Positions 58,339 through 64,000 of a stretch of 64,000 nucleotides of DNA are shown piece after piece. This DNA comes from a virus. Within the stretch, counting starts at the first letter, position 1; each line of letters opens with the position of its first letter. The stretch covers positions 15,074 to 79,073 of IMG/VR virus record IMGVR_UViG_3300037852_000046. One strand, given 5' to 3'. The position numbers and the translations under genes are program-made. The notes under the pieces are model-generated. The model worked only from the letters and a program-made list of their open reading frames with translations, searched no databases and was not told the origin of the DNA.

Positions 58339-58589
58339 TGGAAAAGGCCAAATGCAGCTTTTGCGGAATTGAGACCCGAGCGGCCGTAGTATGGGACAGC
58401 TCCGTTCCTGTTGTTTGCTGCCGACGATGTGCGGAAGAAGTTTTGCCCATGATGATAGGCGATTCGCTTTTGCTTGCAGAAGGCTCCGCTCCTTTTCATG
58501 AGGCTGAAAAACAATGGAATGGGCGCTTCAAAGTGCGTTTTCTGCGCGCTGTCATGGCGCGTTGCGTCGTACGCAAAGCGAGAGACTAA
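58338..58589 (+). CDS. Zinc-finger hypothetical protein (B only)
   Basis: CSFCG...CCRRC. Confidence 0.6.
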   Translation: MEKAKCSFCGIETRAAVVWDSSVPVVCCRRCAEEVLPMMIGDSLLLAEGSAPFHEAEKQWNGRFKVRFLRAVMARCVVRKARD

Positions 58590-60583
58590 TGACCGAGAAG
58601 CCAGAAATAAAAATCCGGGTCTCGCCGGAGGGAATCCCGCCTGAACTCAAAAAGCTTTCCCGATGGGTTCTATGGAAGCATGTATGGGTCGAAAAGACGC
58701 AGCGATGGGCGAAAGTTCCGTTCCAGCCATCCGGCAAGCGTGCGTCGAGCAGCAGTCCCGATACTTGGTGCTCTTTTGACACTGCGATGATCGTCGCCCA
58801 GCTGTATGACGGTCTTGGTTTTGTGTTCAACGGCGACGAAATAACCGGCATCGATCTGGACGGGATGGTTGATGCTAGCGGCGAACTATCGGAAAAGGCA
58901 AAGCGCATTCTGGAGCAGGTTCCGGGTTACGCAGAGCTTTCGCCGTCGGGGCGCGGCCTGCACATCATCACTCGTGCGGAGCCAATCGGCGACGGGAAGC
59001 GCAAAGACGGTGTGGAAGCGTATTCCACAGGCCGTTATTTTACGTTCACTGGCCATCAGATCAATGGGCACAATTCCGTCCCTGATTCTCCGCAGGACAT
59101 CTCACCGTTTCTCGCCGAACATTTCGGAGTAACGCCGCCGGCTGAGAAGACGGATCTTGACATCGCCTGCGCGGAACTGCCGCGAACTTTCTACCAGAAG
59201 GTGAACGATCTGGCGATGAAGGCGTTCGCCGCCTGGGTGCCTCAGCTTTTCCCCGACGCGATCCCCTATCAGAAGGGCGGTTACCGCGTTTCCTCAGATT
59301 CCCTCAGGAGACAACTTGAGGAAGATATTTCGATAGTCCCGGAAGGCATCAAGGATTTCGGGGTAGCGGATCAGGGGGACTCGCGCGGGGGCAAGCGCTC
59401 GCCAATTGATCTGGTTATCGAGTGGGGCGGCGCGAAAGACGCTCAGGAAGCTGCGAACCGGCTTTGCGGGTATCTTGGCGTCGATCCTGTGGCGATGGGC
59501 GGTAAAGCCTCGGCAAAGCCCGCCGAAGTCGGCGATTTCGTACAGGCGGCGCAGTTTGCCTCAGACCAACGGATCGAATGGCACATCAAGCACGTGATTC
59601 CGAAACGCGGTCTGATTGTCGTCTATGGCGCTCCGGGCTCTTCGAAGTCGTTCTTCGTACTGGATCTGGTTGCACACGTCGCGCGCGGCCTGCCTTGGCG
59701 CGGCCACCGGGTGAAGCAATCACGTATCGCCTACGTGGCCGCCGAAGGCGTGGCGGGCTTCGGGAACCGTCTGGCCGCCTATTCGAAGTTCCACGCTATC
59801 CCTCTCGCAGAAGTTCCCGTCTTCGTGCGCGGCGGCGCGCTTATGCTCAACGAATCAGCAATAGGGATCATGGAATCCGTCAATGCGCTTGGCGATGTTG
59901 GAATCGTCGTCATCGACACACTGGCCGCCGTCACTCCGGGTGCGAATGAGAATACGTCTGAGGATATGGGGGAGGCTATCAAATCCGCCAATCTGATAAC
60001 GGAAGGAACTGGAGCCAGCGTCATCCTCATCCACCACGCCAACAAGCAGGGCGAAATGCGCGGATGGAGCGGCCTGCTCGCTGCGGCCGATAACACCATT
60101 CGGGTTGAGCACGAGGAAGCTACCGGGTTGCGCGCTGCACACGTCGAAAAGCAGAAGGAAGGTCGTTCTGACGGAAAGTACGGTTACCGGCTGCGCGTCG
60201 TTGAACTCGGCAGCGACGAAGACGGTGACACAATCACTAGCTGCGCAGTCGAGCCATGTGAGGAGACAGCGCCGAATACCCGAACGGAAAAGAAAGAGCG
60301 GAAATCGCGTTCTGGTGATTTCCAGACCAGTAAGAACTTCCGCAAGGCACGTGCGTACATGGCAACACTTGAGGCACTTATCGAAGCTTCACCTGACAAT
60401 CAGATTACTATGAAGGAGGCAATCGAAGGAATTCAGGGTGACGCTACCCATAATCAGGGCCTAGAAAATAACCCCGACAGATCGAATGTCAGGAAGACTA
60501 TAACGTCACTCGCCGACCACGGTAGGGTCACCCTTGAACTCGGTGTTATAAGGCTTCCGGACGATTTGGGTGACGCTGGGTGA
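58589..60583 (+). CDS. NrS-1-type AEP primase-polymerase + AAA_25 helicase
   Basis: IPPELKKLSRWVLW, TGIDLD, YAELSPSGRGLHII, RYFTFTG; Walker A-like GAPGSSKS. Confidence 0.85.
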   Translation: MTEKPEIKIRVSPEGIPPELKKLSRWVLWKHVWVEKTQRWAKVPFQPSGKRASSSSPDTWCSFDTAMIVAQLYDGLGFVFNGDEITGIDLDGMVDASGELSEKAKRILEQVPGYAELSPSGRGLHIITRAEPIGDGKRKDGVEAYSTGRYFTFTGHQINGHNSVPDSPQDISPFLAEHFGVTPPAEKTDLDIACAELPRTFYQKVNDLAMKAFAAWVPQLFPDAIPYQKGGYRVSSDSLRRQLEEDISIVPEGIKDFGVADQGDSRGGKRSPIDLVIEWGGAKDAQEAANRLCGYLGVDPVAMGGKASAKPAEVGDFVQAAQFASDQRIEWHIKHVIPKRGLIVVYGAPGSSKSFFVLDLVAHVARGLPWRGHRVKQSRIAYVAAEGVAGFGNRLAAYSKFHAIPLAEVPVFVRGGALMLNESAIGIMESVNALGDVGIVVIDTLAAVTPGANENTSEDMGEAIKSANLITEGTGASVILIHHANKQGEMRGWSGLLAAADNTIRVEHEEATGLRAAHVEKQKEGRSDGKYGYRLRVVELGSDEDGDTITSCAVEPCEETAPNTRTEKKERKSRSGDFQTSKNFRKARAYMATLEALIEASPDNQITMKEAIEGIQGDATHNQGLENNPDRSNVRKTITSLADHGRVTLELGVIRLPDDLGDAG

Positions 60584-60682
60584 CGCTGGGTGACGCTACT
60601 TTAAGGTTACTTTTTGGCTTGGGTGACCCTGGGTGAGGTGACCCTACTCTCTTTAGAGTAGGTCACTAGCGTCACCTCACCC
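60567..60682. repeat. Candidate replication origin B: 3x 10-bp TGGGTGACGC plus nested hairpin
   Basis: GGGTGAGGTGAC...GTCACCTCACCC enclosing CTACTCT/AGAGTAG. Confidence 0.6.
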
Positions 60683-60713
60683 GAAACCCTCTACGTTTTG
60701 AAAGGAAAATGAA

Positions 60714-60899
60714 ATGTTTATCGCACTAACCGCAGCAGAGACGGGCGTAAGGGTTTACGTGAATATGAGTCTCATCAAGCATTTTTGGCGGGCAGCAGGA
60801 TGGAATGTCATGTATTCGGTAGAGGCAAAGTTTCCGACAGAGGTTCAGGAAACGCCGGACGAGATTCTGAGGCTACTGGCAGGAGGCAACGAACGATGA
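60714..60899 (+). CDS. Hypothetical protein
   Basis: Homolog in A. Confidence 0.7.
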   Translation: MFIALTAAETGVRVYVNMSLIKHFWRAAGWNVMYSVEAKFPTEVQETPDEILRLLAGGNER

Positions 60900-61078
60900 A
60901 ACGCGATTCGGTTTTGTGTGTTGCCTGTGGCAGGGCCTTCGATGTGGGTTTGCTGGAGCTGGTGCGCTGGTCGGGGCCGCTGTGGTGCCAGCCGTGCATC
61001 TTGAAGGCGGATGAGGCTTTAAATCAGGCCGCACAGCGGGCTGCGAGGGTTGGGGAGGTAGTTGGGGACCAGAAATGA
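60896..61078 (+). CDS. Small zinc-finger protein
   Basis: Homolog in A. Confidence 0.65.
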   Translation: MKRDSVLCVACGRAFDVGLLELVRWSGPLWCQPCILKADEALNQAAQRAARVGEVVGDQK

Positions 61079-61105
61079 GAAACAGCCCGTTGCGGGCCGT
61101 TTCCG

Positions 61106-61288
61106 TTATTGGAGAGGCGCATAGCCGAGTTGTATGCCGGGGTTCACGTGGAGGAAGTGATCCCGGTTCGCAAAGCCCCCGACCACGGCCAGGTGATCGG
61201 CCATTTCTTCCGGGGTAGGAACGCCAGCGCTACGGATGTAGCCTAGCGGATCTTCGCTTTCAGGCGACAGGATGACGTAAGTTAGCAT
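61106..61288 (-). CDS. att-proximal hypothetical protein
   Basis: Homolog in A. Confidence 0.7.
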   Translation of the reverse strand: MLTYVILSPESEDPLGYIRSAGVPTPEEMADHLAVVGGFANRDHFLHVNPGIQLGYAPLQ

Positions 61289-61427
61289 GGATTAAACCTC
61301 CTCACAAAGATCATGGCGCGGTCCATGGCTTTCATCGGATGAATTGCGCAGTCGCCAGTGCGCATGGTGATTGCCCATATGCCATCACGGCGTTTGAAGA
61401 TGTGGGGCTTCTGCATCCAGATCAGTT

Positions 61428-61616
61428 TCATTGCAGACAGATTCCCGAATAGTCAACGGTTCGACGGATGGTCCAGTGGCGCTTTACCTCCGGGAGCCAC
61501 GGGTCATAGCACACGCACTCGATGTAAGCGTTGGCGAGGAACGTGAGCACCACGTGGGCGGTGGTGCGTTCCAGGATCCTGCGCTCCTGTTCGAGCAGCT
61601 GCGATTCGGATTTCAT
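61428..61616 (-). CDS. att-proximal hypothetical protein
   Basis: GAAGGAG RBS; homolog in A. Confidence 0.7.
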   Translation of the reverse strand: MKSESQLLEQERRILERTTAHVVLTFLANAYIECVCYDPWLPEVKRHWTIRRTVDYSGICLQ

Positions 61617-61645
61617 TTCCAGTCTCCTTCGTTGAGGGTGTCTGA

Positions 61646-61664
61646 ACTATAGCATTTGCTACAC
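61646..61664 (-). promoter_or_regulatory. Extended -10 promoter with operator
   Basis: GCAAATGC-TATAGT on minus strand. Confidence 0.65.
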
Positions 61665-61788
61665 GAAAAGGAAGGTGAATTGCACTATGGATCGCGCGTG
61701 CGTAATAGGGGGAGGCTTTGTTATGTTATAACGTTTCACGAATTGGAATTGGCGAAATGAGCCCCTGTTCGCGCCTCCAAAACACCGA

Positions 61789-61839
61789 TAGTGAGTGCTC
61801 ACTAACAAGTTCCACGAAAGACGGCTGTAAGTTCCACGA
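61789..61839. repeat. Near-palindrome TAGTGAGTGCTCACTA plus two AAGTTCCACGA repeats
   Basis: Syntenic with 20821-20871. Confidence 0.8.
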
Positions 61840-61935
61840 CAGCTTGCGAACAGGGGTTTTGGGCCTGATAACACCTCAATGCATATGCACAGTTCGTAAG
61901 TCGTTGATTCTAAAGGATTGGTGCAATGCAAGGTA

Positions 61936-61963
61936 ATTTGACATAATGGAAGTTATCAACCTT
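61936..61963 (-). other. dif: dif-like XerCD site (B/C junction): AAGGTTGATAA-CTTCCA-TTATGTCAAAT
   Basis: Identical XerD arm, canonical inner ATAA-N6-TTAT dyad, syntenic with the first site. Confidence 0.88.
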
Positions 61964-62137
61964 TCGGGGTCTCCGAGAGGCGATTTCGGCTTGGAATGCG
62001 AATCATTCTCAACTCTGGGGGCAACCCTCCCAGACGGCGGACGGGTGGCTAATTTTTGGAGACGCGTTTCCCGATTCGCGAATCGAAAAAACATTCACGG
62101 TACAATTGGCGCAGAATTCCAGTTCACGGAGCCCGCC

Positions 62138-62263
62138 ATGCCCAAACAGCCATTCACGCATAAGCCCATCTTTCCGCGCGACCCGAAGACCCGGCAGGAA
62201 AGAACCCAGCACGGGGAGAAGGTGAAGCCGCAACGCGAACTGGCCGGGAGAAAGACGAAATGA
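62138..62263 (+). CDS. 41-aa basic protein
   Basis: Homolog of 22007-22126. Confidence 0.65.
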   Translation: MPKQPFTHKPIFPRDPKTRQERTQHGEKVKPQRELAGRKTK

Positions 62264-62448
62264 CGCAACAGGAAGCGCTCGACATCTGGAACGAATCCGG
62301 CAAGGGCCATATGTTCTGGACCTTCGAGTTTGCGAAAGCTGTCGAGAATCGGGCATTGCAAAAGGCACTTGCGGTAGTCGAAAAGTACGGGCTTTCGAAT
62401 GATCAGACCGCTATCGATATCCGCGCATTGATAGACGCGTCGAAATGA
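62260..62448 (+). CDS. Hypothetical protein (C only)
   Basis: Coupled to terL start. Confidence 0.55.
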   Translation: MTQQEALDIWNESGKGHMFWTFEFAKAVENRALQKALAVVEKYGLSNDQTAIDIRALIDASK

Positions 62449-64000
62449 GCCTGACAAATGCTTCCATGCTCCGGGTGATCTCGGAGGACCGGGCGCTCGC
62501 CAGCGCCATGGTGTTCCCGCACCGGCATCCGCAGCAGAGCCCCCCGGCGCACGTCCGGATCATGGACGCGTGGCGCAGCGTGGACCCTCTCGTGCTTATC
62601 GAGATGTTCCGGGAGGGCGGGAAGTCCACCTTGTCGGAGGAGTTCCTGTTGCTGGAAGCCGGGTTCGCCAACATGGGGTACTGCATCATCCTCGGCGAGA
62701 CGTACACCAAGGCGTGCCAGCGCCTGGAGGCGATCAAGTTCGAAGCGGCGACCAACACCAAGCTGCTGAGTCTGTTCGGCAAGATGGCAAAGTGCGCCGG
62801 CAGGCTGTGGAACGAACACCAGTTCGAGCTTCCCAACGGCGTACTGCTGGAGGCGCACGGGTGGGAGGAAGAGTTCCGGGGGTTCAAGTGGCACGACCTG
62901 CGGCCTGACCGCGCGTACCTGGACGACATCGAGAACCGGGAGCGGGTAAAGGACGCCGCGGCGGTGAAGAAGAGCGTGAACAAGCTCTATCTCGAATTGA
63001 TGCCCGCGATGGACAAGGAGAAGGGGAAGATCCGGATCACCGGGACACCACTGGCTGAAGACTGCATGATTACGCGGCTGCGGGCCAACCCCGACTGGAC
63101 CAGTTTCCAGTTTCCGATCTGCGATGGCGAGATCGACGATCCGGCAACCGTCGCCACGTGGCCGGAGCGCTACCCGATGGAGTGGGTCCGGGGCAAGCGC
63201 GACCAGATGGAGCGCGCGGGGGAACTGAACGGGTTCTTGCAGGAGTACATGCTCAAGGCGATCGGCACGGCCGACAAGCCGTTCGAGGAGAGGCATATCC
63301 ATGAAATCGCTATCGATCCTGCGCCGTGGCTTCCTCGAACGCTGGTTGTGGACCCTGCCCGTACTGCTAATGTTGGGAGCAGCGACCGGACTGGCCGTGT
63401 GGTGCTTTCGCGACTTGGAACCCGCATCTACGTGCACGCAAGCTCCGGCGAATACTGGAAGCCCGACGCAATCATCTCCGACGCTTTTAACACATCCCGC
63501 AAATTTGATGCCGCAACTGTGGCGATAGAGAAGAATTCGCTGGATGAGTGGCTGTTGCAACCACTGCGCGCGGAGATGCTTAGAAGGGGTGAGAGCCTGC
63601 CGCTCAAGCCGATTCAGGCACCGCAGGACCGGAGTAAAGAGCAGTTCATCATGGGCCTGCAACCGTTCTTCGAAGCCGGGGACATCGTGCTCGTCGGAGG
63701 ACGCGGCGCGCACAGCCAGCTTGTGGCGGAGATCCTGAACTTCCCGTCCGGCAAGCGGGACATACTGAACGCGCTGGCGTACGCCCAGCGGGTGTTTTCA
63801 GGAGTACCGGTGTATGAAGACTTCGGGGCATGGAATCTCATCGAAGGGTACGAGCCGAGTGCGCGAGACGCTCTGGCTCTGTGTTTTAACGCTTCAGGTT
63901 CTGACACTACGGCTGCTCTGGTTTCTGTTGAAGGTGAGCGCATGGTTGCCGTGGCCGACTGGATCTCGCCTGTTTCTCCTGCTCAAGCTGTACCGGACAT
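62445..64000 (+). CDS. terL: Terminase large subunit, 3' truncated by window
   Basis: Highly similar to 22320-24323; absent from ORF track because it has no stop in the window. Confidence 0.92.
   Translation, partial: MSLTNASMLRVISEDRALASAMVFPHRHPQQSPPAHVRIMDAWRSVDPLVLIEMFREGGKSTLSEEFLLLEAGFANMGYCIILGETYTKACQRLEAIKFEAATNTKLLSLFGKMAKCAGRLWNEHQFELPNGVLLEAHGWEEEFRGFKWHDLRPDRAYLDDIENRERVKDAAAVKKSVNKLYLELMPAMDKEKGKIRITGTPLAEDCMITRLRANPDWTSFQFPICDGEIDDPATVATWPERYPMEWVRGKRDQMERAGELNGFLQEYMLKAIGTADKPFEERHIHEIAIDPAPWLPRTLVVDPARTANVGSSDRTGRVVLSRLGTRIYVHASSGEYWKPDAIISDAFNTSRKFDAATVAIEKNSLDEWLLQPLRAEMLRRGESLPLKPIQAPQDRSKEQFIMGLQPFFEAGDIVLVGGRGAHSQLVAEILNFPSGKRDILNALAYAQRVFSGVPVYEDFGAWNLIEGYEPSARDALALCFNASGSDTTAALVSVEGERMVAVADWISPVSPAQAVPD

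Larger units (their letters stand above)
20977..61963. mobile_element. Prophage B, complete ~41-kb podovirus-like genome bounded by direct-repeat dif-like sites; no integrase
   Basis: Full set of packaging, head, tail, lysis, replication and regulatory genes; flanking sites 40,959 bp apart. Confidence 0.9.
61964..64000. mobile_element. Prophage C (partial; left end and terminase)
   Basis: Repeats the start of unit B (att-proximal sequence, small basic ORF, terminase) with differences. Confidence 0.88.

Overview
The whole window is phage DNA (~60% GC, probably a Burkholderiales-type host; no host genes are visible). It holds three related but clearly different podovirus-like temperate genomes in head-to-tail tandem: A (right half, 1-20976), B (complete, 40,959 bp between junctions) and C (left end, 61964-64000). 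Both junctions carry a 28-bp dif-like XerC/XerD site in the same orientation, with the identical arm TTATGTCAAAT (20977-21004 and 61936-61963). The complete unit B encodes no recognisable integrase, recombinase, transposase or CI/S24 repressor. The best reading is a stack of integrase-less tailed prophages that use host XerCD to integrate at dif. Each genome has terminase, portal, N4-gp56-like capsid, P22-like tail and ejection genes, a GH19 lysis cassette and a PurD-like ATP-grasp ligase. It also has a PolA/SSB/Cas4-like/SNF2/VRR-NUC replication operon and a primase-helicase; B additionally shows a 2OG-Fe(II) hydroxylase and cupin pair. Comparing A with B shows a shared operator-promoter motif, a primase swapped together with its own origin-like repeats, and a swappable ejection/exclusion cassette. 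It also shows a candidate anti-RBS small RNA and several mobile HNH genes. All protein calls come from motifs and gene order read by eye; no database search was run.
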